Below are positions 1-9,783 of a stretch of 64,000 nucleotides of DNA, piece after piece. The notes under the pieces are model-generated. The model saw only the letters and a program-made list of their open reading frames with translations. It was not told the DNA's origin and made no database searches. A program made the translations under genes and the position numbers. The DNA is from Candidatus Omnitrophota bacterium (GTDB taxonomy: Bacteria > Omnitrophota > Gorgyraeia > Zapsychrales > JANLHA01): assembly GCA_023247795.1 (NCBI GenBank), contig JAHFFT010000008.1, forward strand, positions 1,519 to 65,518. The letters run 5' to 3'. Within the stretch, counting starts at the first letter, position 1. Each line of letters begins with the position of its first letter.

Positions 1-360
1 GACATCCATGTCGTGAGCATTGTCTTGTCCGTCACCGTCGACATCCGTATCCTGCGCATTAGACGTTCCATCGCCATCGACATCCATGTCGTGAGCATTG
101 TCTTGTCCATCCCCATCAACATCCGTATCCTGCGCATTAGACGTTCCATCGCCATCGACATCCATGTCGTGAGCATTGTCTTGTCCATCACCGTCGACAT
201 CCATGTCATGAGCATTGTCTTGTCCATCACCATCAACATCCGTATCCTGCGCATTAGGAGTACCGTCACCATCGACATCCGTATCAGTCGCGTTAGGGGT
301 ACCATCTCCATCAATATCTGGATCTTGAGAATTGGGGATCCCATCGTTATCTGTATCTAG
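1..360. repeat. 39-bp tandem coding repeat, ~9 units of two types (DVDGDGQDNAHDM and DVDGDGTSNAQDT)
   Basis: Recurring gacatccatgtcgtgagcattgtcttgtcc and acatccgtatcctgcgcattag blocks. Confidence 0.95.
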
Positions 361-486
361 GACTGCAGATGGATTTGCCTGAGCAAAAACATACCTGGGG
401 ACAGAAAAAACAAACAATCTTAACATGAGAACCGAAACTAAAAGCACTTTTTGCCAATACTGCAATTTTTTAAAAGATTTCCACAT
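1..486 (-). CDS. Secreted protein with thrombospondin type-3-like Ca-binding DxDGDG repeats (3' end runs off the window)
   Basis: Manual translation from ATG at 486 (RBS AAGGAGG at 494-500): MWKSFKKLQYWQKVLLVSVLMLRLFVFSVPRYVFA|QANPSAVLDTDNDGIPNSQDPDIDGDGTPNATDTDVDGDG... Signal-peptide-like N-terminus, then 13-aa repeats; frame open to position 1. Confidence 0.9.
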   Translation of the reverse strand, partial: MWKSFKKLQYWQKVLLVSVLMLRLFVFSVPRYVFAQANPSAVLDTDNDGIPNSQDPDIDGDGTPNATDTDVDGDGTPNAQDTDVDGDGQDNAHDMDVDGDGQDNAHDMDVDGDGTSNAQDTDVDGDGQDNAHDMDVDGDGTSNAQDTDVDGDGQDNAHDMDV

Positions 487-777
487 ACAATTTCCTCCTT
501 ATTCACACTGGCTAGTTTCCGGATTTAATGTCTGCCCATCCCCACAAGTTGGTGTCTCAACTTGACTTGGGAACCTTACAAACTTTTCCATCCACATTCG
601 CCGCAAAGATAATCCTCTGTACTGAGAACCAACTTAACCCCTGGATTAACATGCAGATTAAGAATAGGTTTGACCATTTATTTTTTTAAAAATTTATTCT
701 GTAAGTTATTCGCTTTTTTATTGTTAGGTGAATTTATCCACGTATGTTAATTCTTGTAAACTACTCACCTCAAACAA

Positions 778-806
778 ATTTTGAGGGGTATAACACACCT
801 TGTCAA
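778..806 (-). promoter_or_regulatory. Putative sigma70 promoter for the repeat-protein gene
   Basis: TTGACA-17nt-CAAAAT on minus strand in an AT-rich intergenic region. Confidence 0.4.
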
Positions 807-878
807 ACATTTATTAATATTTTTACAACACACTTCTTTGTGGAAAAACCAATGCCGAGATCACCTTCTCTAATATAA

Positions 879-1709
879 TTATGGCAAATCATAGAGTCCA
901 TATCCGCCGAGAATCCAGCGAATGAGGATTTTCCCCCAAAACAAGCTGATCAATGCCCCAATAATAAGAAAGGGACCATAGGCAATGGCACTGTCTTTGG
1001 TGCGGATTTTCTCCACGATCCCGTAAACCGCCCCAAATAACGGCGCGATAAAAAAACTTAAAACCGCGTATTTCCATCCCAAGAAAGCACCAATCATCGC
1101 CATGAGTTTGACATCCCCTCCACCCATCGACTCCTTTTTAAAAATCAAATCGCCTATCAGCCCCATCAAATAAATCGATCCTCCACCAACAAGTGCCCCT
1201 AACAGCGACTGTCCGATGGAAACCGCGTGCGCCTGCCAGCCGGGATAAACAGCACGGTCTATTTCGTGCATCGCTGGAATGCATACGCTTAAAAACAGCC
1301 CGGCCATTGTCCCACCCATGCTTATCTCATCCGGGATGATCCGATGTTCAAAATCAACAAAGGTCGCCACAATGAACCCGCAGACCATGACCAAGTAGGC
1401 GGCTAGCAAAAGCGACAAATGAAAATGATTGTAAAATCCAACAAAGGTCAGTGCGGTCAAAAGCTCAACAAAAAAGTAGCGAAAGCTGATTGTCTTCCCG
1501 CAGGTAAAGCACCGTCCCTTTAAAAAAAGAAAACTCAACAAAGGAATGTTAAAATACCAGGCAAGTGGATTTTTGCAGTGCGGACAATGCGACGGCGGAT
1601 AAACAATCGATTTCTCAAGCGGCATACGCACGATACAGACATTCAAAAAACTCCCCACCACCGCACCAAGTATAAAAATGGTCGTCACAACAAAATCACT
1701 CTCGGTCAC
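879..1709 (-). CDS. pilD: Prepilin peptidase / N-methyltransferase (A24)
   Basis: GSFLNVCIVR, two CxxC pairs (CPHC, CFTC), D..H.IIPD, MGGGDVKL, YGPFL motifs. Confidence 0.95.
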   Translation of the reverse strand: MTESDFVVTTIFILGAVVGSFLNVCIVRMPLEKSIVYPPSHCPHCKNPLAWYFNIPLLSFLFLKGRCFTCGKTISFRYFFVELLTALTFVGFYNHFHLSLLLAAYLVMVCGFIVATFVDFEHRIIPDEISMGGTMAGLFLSVCIPAMHEIDRAVYPGWQAHAVSIGQSLLGALVGGGSIYLMGLIGDLIFKKESMGGGDVKLMAMIGAFLGWKYAVLSFFIAPLFGAVYGIVEKIRTKDSAIAYGPFLIIGALISLFWGKILIRWILGGYGLYDLP

Positions 1710-1806
1710 GCAGCGGCTCCTTTTTCTACTGACTTTCCCAAAATTAATGAAACATCATTGTCGTCAGTATCTCGACCTACGCTTTCTAAATAATCAATTC
1801 CATCAT

Positions 1807-2667
1807 TTATGCGTAGGTCAATAAACTGCGGCGCATCTTTTGCTTGATCTTCGTATCCAACGGCATACCAGACCAATGTTGAAAAGATAAAACCCCCTGA
1901 TAAAACAACAATCCCAAACCATTCGCGGTTTTTGCCCCGGCCGCCTGCGCGAGCTTCAACAACGGTGTCAACGCAGGTCGATAGATCACGTCATAAACCA
2001 ACATGTCGGAATGAATGAGCGAATCATCAACCAAACAAGGATCATCAGAATGCAACCCAACCGAGGTCGTATTGATCAAAAGATCAGCCAATTCAATATT
2101 GAGATCATCGATGCTCGCCTCAACAGTAACCAACCCAACGTCCATCCGCTTTCCCAAATCCGCCACCAATCCTTTTGCCTTTTGATGCGTGCGGTTATAA
2201 AGATGGATCGACTCCGGACGTTCTGGCAAAAGGCAAAGTGCGGTGAGGATCGACCGGGCCGTGCCACCAGCACCTAAAACAACAATCCGTTTGCCTTTCA
2301 CATCAAATTGCAATTCCGCCAGATGAGCAAGAAACCCTGCTCCGTCGGTATTATGTCCAGTCAAATGCCGGTCGGGCTCGACCACGATGGTGTTGACCGC
2401 CATGGCCTTCTGCGCGAACGGGCTCAGCGCGTCCAGGAAAGGGATCACTTTTTCTTTATAGGGGACGGTGACGTTTAAACCAAAAATCGGGGAATTTGTC
2501 TTACGAACATCTTTTAGAAAGGACTCAACCTCGTCTTCTTCAAGGGGAAACAATTGATAGACCGCGTCGACGGCCAAGGCCTTGAAAGCCGTGTTATGCA
2601 TGACCGGAGACAACGAATGCTTGACCGGGTTGCCGATGATACCGTACGTTAATTTTTGTTCCGGCAT
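1807..2667 (-). CDS. aroE: Shikimate dehydrogenase
   Basis: GNPVKHSLSPVMHN, NVTVPYKE, AVNT, NTDG, GAGGTA, GLGLLFYQG motifs; start set to MPEQK (ATG 2667) to avoid overlap with leuA. Confidence 0.95.
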   Translation of the reverse strand: MPEQKLTYGIIGNPVKHSLSPVMHNTAFKALAVDAVYQLFPLEEDEVESFLKDVRKTNSPIFGLNVTVPYKEKVIPFLDALSPFAQKAMAVNTIVVEPDRHLTGHNTDGAGFLAHLAELQFDVKGKRIVVLGAGGTARSILTALCLLPERPESIHLYNRTHQKAKGLVADLGKRMDVGLVTVEASIDDLNIELADLLINTTSVGLHSDDPCLVDDSLIHSDMLVYDVIYRPALTPLLKLAQAAGAKTANGLGLLFYQGVLSFQHWSGMPLDTKIKQKMRRSLLTYA

Positions 2668-2680
2668 AAGAAAGGGACCA

Positions 2681-4195
2681 TTACCCTTCTTGCGCGATGA
2701 CCTTATTGATCGCGTTGATATACGCGTTGGCCGAAGCCACAATGATATCGGTGCTCGTCCCATGCGCGATGACATTCTTGCCGTTGATTTTAACTTTGAT
2801 CGTGACCTCACCTAAGGCGTCTTTACCACGACTCACCGACTGGATGGAATAATCCAGCAGCTCCCCCTTCACCTTTGTCAGCCCATCAATGGCTTTATAA
2901 CAGGCGTCAACCGGGCCGTCTCCGGAAGAGCTCATCTTGTGGACCTTTCCCTTGGACCGCAAAGTCACCTCGACTTGCGGCAGGATCTTTGCGCCACTGG
3001 TTGTCACCAAATCAACCAGCGTCCAAATTTGTTTATCAACCTTGATTTCGTCCTCGACGATCGCGAAAAGGTCTTCATCATAAACGTGCTTTTTTTGATC
3101 GGCCAAATTTTTAAATCGGCCAAAGGCCTGGGCCAATTGTTCTTCACTCACATCAATCCCCAACGCCTTCAGCCGAACTTTAAAGGCATGGCGGCCGGAA
3201 TGTTTGCCCAAAACCAATCCCGTTTCCATAAACCCAACGTCCTCAGGACGCATGATCTCATAGGTCGAACGTTCCTTTAAGACCCCGTCCTGATGGATCC
3301 CAGATTCATGCCGAAAGGCATTGGCTCCGACGATCGCTTTGTTCGGTGGGACGACAAATCCGGTCAAGCGGCTGACCAAACGGGATATTTTATGGATCTC
3401 CTTGGTCTTGATATTAGTTGATACTCCATAAAAATCCTGACGTGTTTTTAACGCCATAACAATTTCTTCCATCGAAGCATTGCCGGCCCGCTCACCAATG
3501 CCGTTCACCGTGCACTCGACCTGCCGAGCACCGTTCTTGACCGCCGACAACGAATTGCCAACCGCGAGGCCCAGATCATCATGACAATGAACAGAAATCA
3601 CGGCCTTGTTGATATTGGGAACGTTATTTTTGATGTCCGCGATCAATTGACCATATTCCTGCGGTGTGCTGTATCCGACGGTGTCTGGGATATTCACGGT
3701 CTTAGCGCCAGCCTTGATCACATTTTCAATAATGCGGTATAAAAAATCCTTTTCGGAACGAGAAGCGTCTTCCGGTGAAAATTCAACATCTGCAATTTTC
3801 TTCTTGGCATACTTGACCGCCTCGACCGCCATCTCCAAAATCTCATCTTTGCTTTTTTTAAGCTTGTGCTCCAGATGGATCTTCGACGTCGCTAAAAACA
3901 CATGGATTCGCCCCTGCTCTGCCACCTTGACCGCGTTATACGCCGCATCAATGTCTTCTTTTTTCGAACGGGCCAGACCGCAGACGATAGAGCGCTTGAT
4001 TTTTTTGGCCACTTGAAGGACTGAGTTAAAATCACCGGTTGAACTGACCGGAAAACCAGCTTCAATGATATCAACGCCCAAACGTTCCAGACAATAGGCG
4101 ATTTCCAGCTTTTCACTTTCGTTCATGCTAGCACCCGGCGCCTGCTCGCCGTCGCGCAGGGTGGTGTCGAAGATATAGACGTGGTCGGGTTTCAT
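2681..4195 (-). CDS. leuA: 2-isopropylmalate synthase
   Basis: [35 protein letters not shown]-terminal regulatory domain with GDGPVDA. Confidence 0.97.
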   Translation of the reverse strand: MKPDHVYIFDTTLRDGEQAPGASMNESEKLEIAYCLERLGVDIIEAGFPVSSTGDFNSVLQVAKKIKRSIVCGLARSKKEDIDAAYNAVKVAEQGRIHVFLATSKIHLEHKLKKSKDEILEMAVEAVKYAKKKIADVEFSPEDASRSEKDFLYRIIENVIKAGAKTVNIPDTVGYSTPQEYGQLIADIKNNVPNINKAVISVHCHDDLGLAVGNSLSAVKNGARQVECTVNGIGERAGNASMEEIVMALKTRQDFYGVSTNIKTKEIHKISRLVSRLTGFVVPPNKAIVGANAFRHESGIHQDGVLKERSTYEIMRPEDVGFMETGLVLGKHSGRHAFKVRLKALGIDVSEEQLAQAFGRFKNLADQKKHVYDEDLFAIVEDEIKVDKQIWTLVDLVTTSGAKILPQVEVTLRSKGKVHKMSSSGDGPVDACYKAIDGLTKVKGELLDYSIQSVSRGKDALGEVTIKVKINGKNVIAHGTSTDIIVASANAYINAINKVIAQEG

Positions 4196-4199
4196 TTTG

Positions 4200-4272
4200 G
4201 AGTCTCAGGTTGCATGTCTCAGGTCTCAAGTAAATTGTTGACTTGAGACTTGAAACTTGCGACTTGTCACTT
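4200..4272. repeat. Inverted heptamer-array hairpin (AAGTCTC/GAGACTT family) between ilvC and leuA
   Basis: Left arm gagtctc-aggttgc-atgtctc-aggtctc-aagt; right arm tgactt-gagactt-gaaactt-gcgactt-gtcactt (reverse complements). Confidence 0.85.
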
Positions 4273-5263
4273 ACTTTTTTATCCAAGAAAACATGTTTCT
4301 CAGCTGCGGTCCGATCTTTTCAATCGAGTGCTGCTCCCCATCTTTGCGCAATTGACTGAATTTGGGCCGGCCCAACTTATTTTCGCGGATCCACTCGCGA
4401 GCAAATTTTCCTGATTGAACTTCTTTTAAGATCTTCTGCATTTCTTTACGCGTGCGTTCGGTGATGATCCGCGGCCCGCGCGTGCAGTCGCCGTATTCGG
4501 CGGTGTCTGAAACGCGTTTGCGCATACCGGTAATGCCATCTTCATAAATCAAATCCACGATCAATTTCAATTCATGCAGACATTCGAAATAAGCGATTTC
4601 CGGCTGATATCCAGCGTCGACCAGGGTTTGGAAACCCGCGCGGATCAGCTCACTGGTCCCACCGCACAGCACGGCCTGCTCGCCAAAAAGATCGGTCTCG
4701 GTTTCTTCTTTAAAAGTGGTTTCAATAACACCGGCACGGGTCCCGCCGATTCCGCGGGCGTAAGCCAACGCGTCTTTTAAGGCATGCCCGCTGGCATCCT
4801 GATGAATCGCCACCAAACAGGGCACTCCCTTACCTTGTTCAAATTCGCGACGGACCAAAGACCCCGGACCTTTGGGGGCGATCATCCACACATCCACATC
4901 CGTCGGTGGAACAATCTGTTTGAAATGGATATTGAACCCATGAGAAAAAACCAACGTCTTTCCCGCTTTCAAATTCCGTCGGATTGCTTTTTTGTAAAGC
5001 TCCGCTTGAACGTGATCCTGGGTTAGAATCTGAATGATGTCGGCTTTCTTTGCTGCTGTGGCGGCATCGACGGGCTTGAAGCCATCTGCCACGGCCCGAT
5101 CATAGTTGGCAGAACCTTCTCTTTGCGCGACAATCACATTGAGACCACTCTCTCGCAAATTGAGCGCCTGACCGCGGCCTTGGATCCCGTAGCCAACAAT
5201 CGCGATGATTCTCCCTTTCAATTGATTCAAGTCCGCGTCTTTGTCGTAATAAATTTTTACCAT
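4271..5263 (-). CDS. ilvC: Ketol-acid reductoisomerase
   Basis: [43 protein letters not shown]. Confidence 0.97.
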   Translation of the reverse strand: MVKIYYDKDADLNQLKGRIIAIVGYGIQGRGQALNLRESGLNVIVAQREGSANYDRAVADGFKPVDAATAAKKADIIQILTQDHVQAELYKKAIRRNLKAGKTLVFSHGFNIHFKQIVPPTDVDVWMIAPKGPGSLVRREFEQGKGVPCLVAIHQDASGHALKDALAYARGIGGTRAGVIETTFKEETETDLFGEQAVLCGGTSELIRAGFQTLVDAGYQPEIAYFECLHELKLIVDLIYEDGITGMRKRVSDTAEYGDCTRGPRIITERTRKEMQKILKEVQSGKFAREWIRENKLGRPKFSQLRKDGEQHSIEKIGPQLRNMFSWIKK

Positions 5264-5273
5264 GACTCCTCCT

Positions 5274-6245
5274 TTATCTCAACAACTCCAATATTCGAAG
5301 ATATTCACCGATATGCTTTTCTGGCATTTTACACGCTTGCACCAAATTGACAATATTAATTTCGTCCTGCAAAACCCCAACCGCCTTCCCATATTCTCCG
5401 TCCAGCAAAAGCTCAACCGCTTGAACACCCAGCCGGGTCGCCAAAATCCGATCTGCCGCAACCGGCGTTCCTCCTCGCTGCACATGCCCTAAAACCACAA
5501 ACCGTGTCTCCAAACCCGATAACTGTTCGATTTTTGCGGCCACGTCAGGGGCCTTGGCCGCCCCTTCCGCCACAATGATGATCCAACTGACTTTTCCTTT
5601 TCGGTGTCCCGCTTTGATCTTCTTGATCATCGACGGATAATCAAAGGAACGCTCCGGGATCAAGACGTCCTCCGCGCCTGCCCCCAAAGCCACTTGCAAG
5701 GCGATATAACCGGATTTATTGCCCATGACCTCGACGACAAAAATCCGTTCCATGCTCTGAATGGTATCACGGATTTTATCGATCGATTCAAGTGCGGTAT
5801 TGACCGCGGTGGCACATCCGATCGTTTGATCGGTCCCGTAAAGATCATTATCGATCGTTCCCGGAAGTGTTACGATGGGGAATTGAAATTTCTCATGCAA
5901 AATTTGCGCGCCGCGATAAGAGCCATCACCGCCAATGACGATCAACCCGTCAATATGATGTTTTTTTAAAGTCGCAACCGCCATCTTTTCCCCTTTGTCG
6001 GTCTTAAACTTCTCGGAACGCGCCGTCTTTAAAATCGTGCCCCCTCGATTGATGATGTTGGAAACATCCCGATGCCCTAACGAAACTACTTCATCGTCGA
6101 TCAATCCCTGATACCCGCGAATAATACCAGCGACTTCCATCCCACGCGAATCGGCGGTACGCACAACGGCACGGATCGCCGCGTTCATCCCCGGCCCATC
6201 CCCGCCAGATGTCAGAACCCCAATTCTTTTCATTTGCTGTGTCAT
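5274..6245 (-). CDS. pfkA: 6-phosphofructokinase
   Basis: [43 protein letters not shown]. Confidence 0.96.
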   Translation of the reverse strand: MTQQMKRIGVLTSGGDGPGMNAAIRAVVRTADSRGMEVAGIIRGYQGLIDDEVVSLGHRDVSNIINRGGTILKTARSEKFKTDKGEKMAVATLKKHHIDGLIVIGGDGSYRGAQILHEKFQFPIVTLPGTIDNDLYGTDQTIGCATAVNTALESIDKIRDTIQSMERIFVVEVMGNKSGYIALQVALGAGAEDVLIPERSFDYPSMIKKIKAGHRKGKVSWIIIVAEGAAKAPDVAAKIEQLSGLETRFVVLGHVQRGGTPVAADRILATRLGVQAVELLLDGEYGKAVGVLQDEINIVNLVQACKMPEKHIGEYLRILELLR

Positions 6246-6270
6246 AATTCACTTGCGATCAAAATTATCA

Positions 6271-6410
6271 GTCGAGGGCTAAGCCCATGAGTTGAATGCG
6301 AACCCCAAGTAGAACGAGGGGTTCGTTGAAATAAATGGGTTTTACCATCGACGAACGACGACGATTAAGGTCACAAAAGTTTATTCAGCAAAAGGTCATT
6401 AACAACAGCC
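6271..6410. repeat. Structured intergenic repeat, copy 1 (long stem, internal loop, apical hairpin, conserved 58-nt tail)
   Basis: GTCGAGGGCTAAGCCCAT...ATGGGTTTTACCATCGAC stem with CGAACCCC/GGGGTTCG hairpin; homologous to 8125-8251. Confidence 0.8.
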
Positions 6411-6440
6411 CTATCATATGACAGTTCCGCTTATGAACAT

Positions 6441-7625
6441 TTAAAACACTTTATCCATATCGAAATAATTGAGACACTGACAGCCTTCTCTATAGTTCAG
6501 TATAGTTTCTCCTCGATAAATTAAAATATCGCGAATTTGCATTTTGCGCCGCTGTTTCTGACTTTCTAATTCCTCTACTTTCAAAAGACTCTTAAACATT
6601 GCGGGCTTTGGCGTCTCCGTACTTTTTATTTCAATTAAGCGACTGAAATTTTTCGTCAAATTTTCGATAATGAGATCAACTTCAATGCCTAAATTTGTCC
6701 GAAAATAAAACAGCTGATCCTTCAAGCCGTGATGCAAAATCCATTTCTTTATTTCAGCAACAATATAATTCTCAAAAATCGGTCCGTCGAGCGGGCCTTT
6801 ATGCAACACAGTTTTATCTTCAATACCCGTAAAATAACAGACTAACCCCGTATCATAAAAATACAATTTGGGCCGCTTGACGATTCTCTTTCCTAAATTT
6901 TTATGATAAGAAGGAACAAGGAAAATGATATAGCTGGCTTCCAGAATGGAAATCCAATTTTGCACCGTTCTCACCGTCACGCCGATATCATTGGCCAGGG
7001 CAGCCGTATTCAATTCCTGGGAAACGCGGGCCGCCAATAGCTTGACCAGCCGTTGAAAGTCACTTAAGTTACCGACATTGCTGATATTGCGGACATCTCG
7101 TTCAATATAATGATTGATATACGCCCCATACCATTGATACGTATTTTCATATTTCAGATGAACAAGCTCCGGATAACTCCCTTTAAGAATCTGATCCTTG
7201 CGCCACCTCTCAGGAAGTTCATACAAATGGAACGGCAGTAATGATAATGAGCCAATACGTCCAGCCAAACTTTCTGTGATTTGCTTAATTAATGTGAATT
7301 GGCTGGACCCAGTTAATATAAAATTCCCGTAATTGTGTCGGTCATTATCGATAGCCATTTTTAAATAATTGAATAACAGCGGCGCTTTCTGGGCTTCATC
7401 AAAAATGACTTTATTCCCATACTTATTCATAAATCCTTTTGGGTCCTGGGTCAGATAATCAATTGTCAAAGGATCGTCAAAGGTGACATAGACATATTTA
7501 TCTCCAAACATTTCCTGCAAGGTTGTGGATTTGCCTGATTGTCGCGGGCCGGTTAAACTCACGGCAGGGAATATTTTGAGATATTCACGAAGGGTTTTTT
7601 CTATATGACGAGGAATGTATTCCAT
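6441..7625 (-). CDS. AAA+ ATPase of the AAA_14 / DUF4143 family
   Basis: GPRQSGKS Walker A, IFDEAQK Walker B, ILTGSS, ESLAGR, PKLYFYDTGL, C-terminal EVDLI...IEIK nuclease-like motif. Confidence 0.9.
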   Translation of the reverse strand: MEYIPRHIEKTLREYLKIFPAVSLTGPRQSGKSTTLQEMFGDKYVYVTFDDPLTIDYLTQDPKGFMNKYGNKVIFDEAQKAPLLFNYLKMAIDNDRHNYGNFILTGSSQFTLIKQITESLAGRIGSLSLLPFHLYELPERWRKDQILKGSYPELVHLKYENTYQWYGAYINHYIERDVRNISNVGNLSDFQRLVKLLAARVSQELNTAALANDIGVTVRTVQNWISILEASYIIFLVPSYHKNLGKRIVKRPKLYFYDTGLVCYFTGIEDKTVLHKGPLDGPIFENYIVAEIKKWILHHGLKDQLFYFRTNLGIEVDLIIENLTKNFSRLIEIKSTETPKPAMFKSLLKVEELESQKQRRKMQIRDILIYRGETILNYREGCQCLNYFDMDKVF

Positions 7626-7631
7626 AAATGA

Positions 7632-7659
7632 AATATACCATACAATTATATACTGTCAA
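7632..7659 (-). promoter_or_regulatory. sigma70 promoter, probably leaderless transcript of the ATPase gene
   Basis: TTGACA-16nt-TATATT (with upstream TG), 6 nt before ATG; no Shine-Dalgarno. Confidence 0.6.
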
Positions 7660-7816
7660 TCCATATTTGTATATATTTTATAAAAAAGTCAACCTTACAT
7701 ATTTGCAATAATAAAATTTTTAGACGGTTTTAACCCCGGCATGGCACTTTTAGACGCCACCACCTTATTTCCAAAAAATCACTCGCTACAGCCACTGATG
7801 AACTCCTTAACATCAA

Positions 7817-8053
7817 TTACTTTTTTTCAGGAGCACATGAAATTTGCACTGACTCCCCTGCTAAGGAACTACAATAATACTTTTGGCCATTGCATTCAGC
7901 AGTCCAACTACGCTCCGTCGTCCAAAAATTATATTTTTCATTTGTTATCGTTATTGCTTGTGGTGGGCAACCAACATATCCAGATGATCTTGTTTGCAGA
8001 TTTGCGCAACCAGCAAGAGCAATAAAACTAATGACCCCTAACAATATTTTCAT
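7817..8053 (-). CDS. Small lipoprotein of unknown function (78 aa)
   Basis: RBS AGGAGG, ATG 8053, MKILLGVISFIALAG|C lipobox, four further Cys. Confidence 0.8.
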   Translation of the reverse strand: MKILLGVISFIALAGCANLQTRSSGYVGCPPQAITITNEKYNFWTTERSWTAECNGQKYYCSSLAGESVQISCAPEKK

Positions 8054-8124
8054 TGATAACCTCCTATGTTGTTCATTATTGATAGAAACAGCGTCTATTT
8101 CGGAATTTCCTCTAACTGGTACCG

Positions 8125-8251
8125 GTCGAGGCAAAACTTATGAGGGGAATTGGAGCCGCAGGCTCCGTTGACACGAATGAGTTTTGCCTCGACAAACGAT
8201 GGCGACTACGGTCACAAAGGTTTAATCAGCGGCAAGTCAATAACAGTAACC
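8125..8251. repeat. Structured intergenic repeat, copy 2
   Basis: GTCGAGGCAAAACTTAT...ATGAGTTTTGCCTCGAC stem with GGAGCC/GGCTCC hairpin; tail aligns without gaps to copy 1. Confidence 0.8.
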
Positions 8252-8311
8252 AACTATAATCACTTCTTAGGAACAGCCCTTTAAAAATCAGTCTCCAACG
8301 AGCCCCAGAAA

Positions 8312-8368
8312 AAATCACAAAGCCACAAGAATGATCCTGCGACTTTGTGACTTGTATTCTTGCGACTT
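8312..8368. repeat. Degenerate inverted 7/8-mer array (GCGACTT/GTGACTT) just after the ahcY stop
   Basis: aatcac-aaagccac-aagaat ... gcgactt-tgtgactt-gtattctt-gcgactt. Confidence 0.55.
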
Positions 8369-8370
8369 AA

Positions 8371-9687
8371 TCAATACCGATAATGTTCTGGCTTATACGG
8401 GCCTTCGGTCTTAACTCCGATATATTTCGCCTGCTTGGGAGTTAACTCGTCGAGATCAACGCCGATTTTCTGCAAATGCAAACGCGCCACCTTCTCATCA
8501 AGCAACTTCGGCATCATATAAACCTTGTTCTCATACTTGGCACTGTTTTTAAACAACTCGATCTGAGCCATCACCTGATTAGTAAACGAATTGCTCATCA
8601 CAAACGACGGATGTCCAGTCGCGCAACCCAAATTGACCAGTCGCCCTTCCGCCAAAACAATGATCCGTTTTCCGTCGGGATAAATATACTGATCCACTTG
8701 CGGCTTGATGTTTTCCTTTTTGATGTCTTTGCGTTTGTTCAAATAAGCGATATCAATTTCCAAATCAAAATGACCAATGTTGCAGACGATAACGTTATCT
8801 TTCATCATGTCCAAATGCCGGCCCAGAATCACATCGCAGCAGCCGGTCGTGGTGACAAAAATGTCGCCCATCTTTGCCGCCTGGTCCATTTTCATGACCT
8901 TATAACCTTCCATAGCCGCCTGCAAAGCACAGATCGGATCGATTTCGGTGATCAAAACCCGGCCGCCCATTCCCTTCAAGGCCTGGCTACATCCCTTCCC
9001 GACGTCACCGTACCCAGCCACGACGCAAACCTTGCCGGCAATCATCACATCGGTCGCCCGTTTGATCCCATCGATCAAAGATTCTCGGCAGCCGTAAAGA
9101 TTATCAAATTTGGACTTAGTCACGGAATCATTGACGTTGATCGCCGGGACTTTCAATGTTCCGGCCTTGACCATCTCCGCCAGCCGATGCACACCGGTCG
9201 TGGTTTCTTCGGAAACTCCGCGGATATCTTTCAACAATTCCGAAAATTTCTCATGCACCAGCTGTGTTAAATCACCGCCGTCATCTAAGAGCATATTCGG
9301 GCCCTTCCCATCCGGCCATTTGAGCGTCTGATCAATGCACCAATAATACTCTTCTTCGGTCTCCCCTTTCCAGGCAAAAACCGGGATCCCTTTGGCCGCT
9401 AAAGCCGCTGCCGCGTGATCCTGGGTGGAAAAAATATTGCACGATGACCAACGCACCTGGGCCCCTAACTCCATCAACGTTTCAATCAAGACCGCGGTCT
9501 GGATGGTCATGTGAATGCAGCCGGTGATGCGCGCCCCCTTCAACGGTTTCTGCGACGCATGATCTTTGCGCAAGGACATCAATCCCGGCATTTCACTCTC
9601 GGCAATTGTGATTTCTTTTCGTCCCCATTCGGCTAAGGACATATCTTTGACTTTATACCCACGGCTCGACGCAGTCGTTGACTTCAT
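8371..9687 (-). CDS. ahcY: Adenosylhomocysteinase
   Basis: [50 protein letters not shown]-terminal HYRY; ATG 9687 with AAGGGG RBS. Confidence 0.98.
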   Translation of the reverse strand: MKSTTASSRGYKVKDMSLAEWGRKEITIAESEMPGLMSLRKDHASQKPLKGARITGCIHMTIQTAVLIETLMELGAQVRWSSCNIFSTQDHAAAALAAKGIPVFAWKGETEEEYYWCIDQTLKWPDGKGPNMLLDDGGDLTQLVHEKFSELLKDIRGVSEETTTGVHRLAEMVKAGTLKVPAINVNDSVTKSKFDNLYGCRESLIDGIKRATDVMIAGKVCVVAGYGDVGKGCSQALKGMGGRVLITEIDPICALQAAMEGYKVMKMDQAAKMGDIFVTTTGCCDVILGRHLDMMKDNVIVCNIGHFDLEIDIAYLNKRKDIKKENIKPQVDQYIYPDGKRIIVLAEGRLVNLGCATGHPSFVMSNSFTNQVMAQIELFKNSAKYENKVYMMPKLLDEKVARLHLQKIGVDLDELTPKQAKYIGVKTEGPYKPEHYRY

Positions 9688-9783
9688 CTTTTCCCCTTTA
9701 TTTTTTTTTGAATTGGACACGGTGGATGACCACAGCTTTGTTATCTCAAGGGTGTGCCTAACACACCCGAGGTTAATACTTTT

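Noticed and set aside
13-360. 115-aa plus-strand ORF with I/V/S-rich repeats
   Set aside because: Antisense shadow of the DxDGDG repeat gene, which has the RBS and signal peptide on the minus strand.
734-847. DnaA-box-like 9-mers (TTATCCACG at 734, TGTGGAAAA at 839; also a perfect TTATCCACA at 62428)
   Set aside because: Too few and scattered, with no dnaA/dnaN nearby; not enough to call oriC.
6271-8251. Integron attC interpretation of the structured repeat pair
   Set aside because: No consistent RYYYAAC...GTTRRRY ends in both copies and no integrase in the window.
9700-9780. Hairpin GGGTGTG/CACACCC between metK and ahcY as a SAH/SAM riboswitch
   Set aside because: Lacks recognisable SAH or SAM riboswitch consensus; more likely a simple stabilising or attenuating hairpin.
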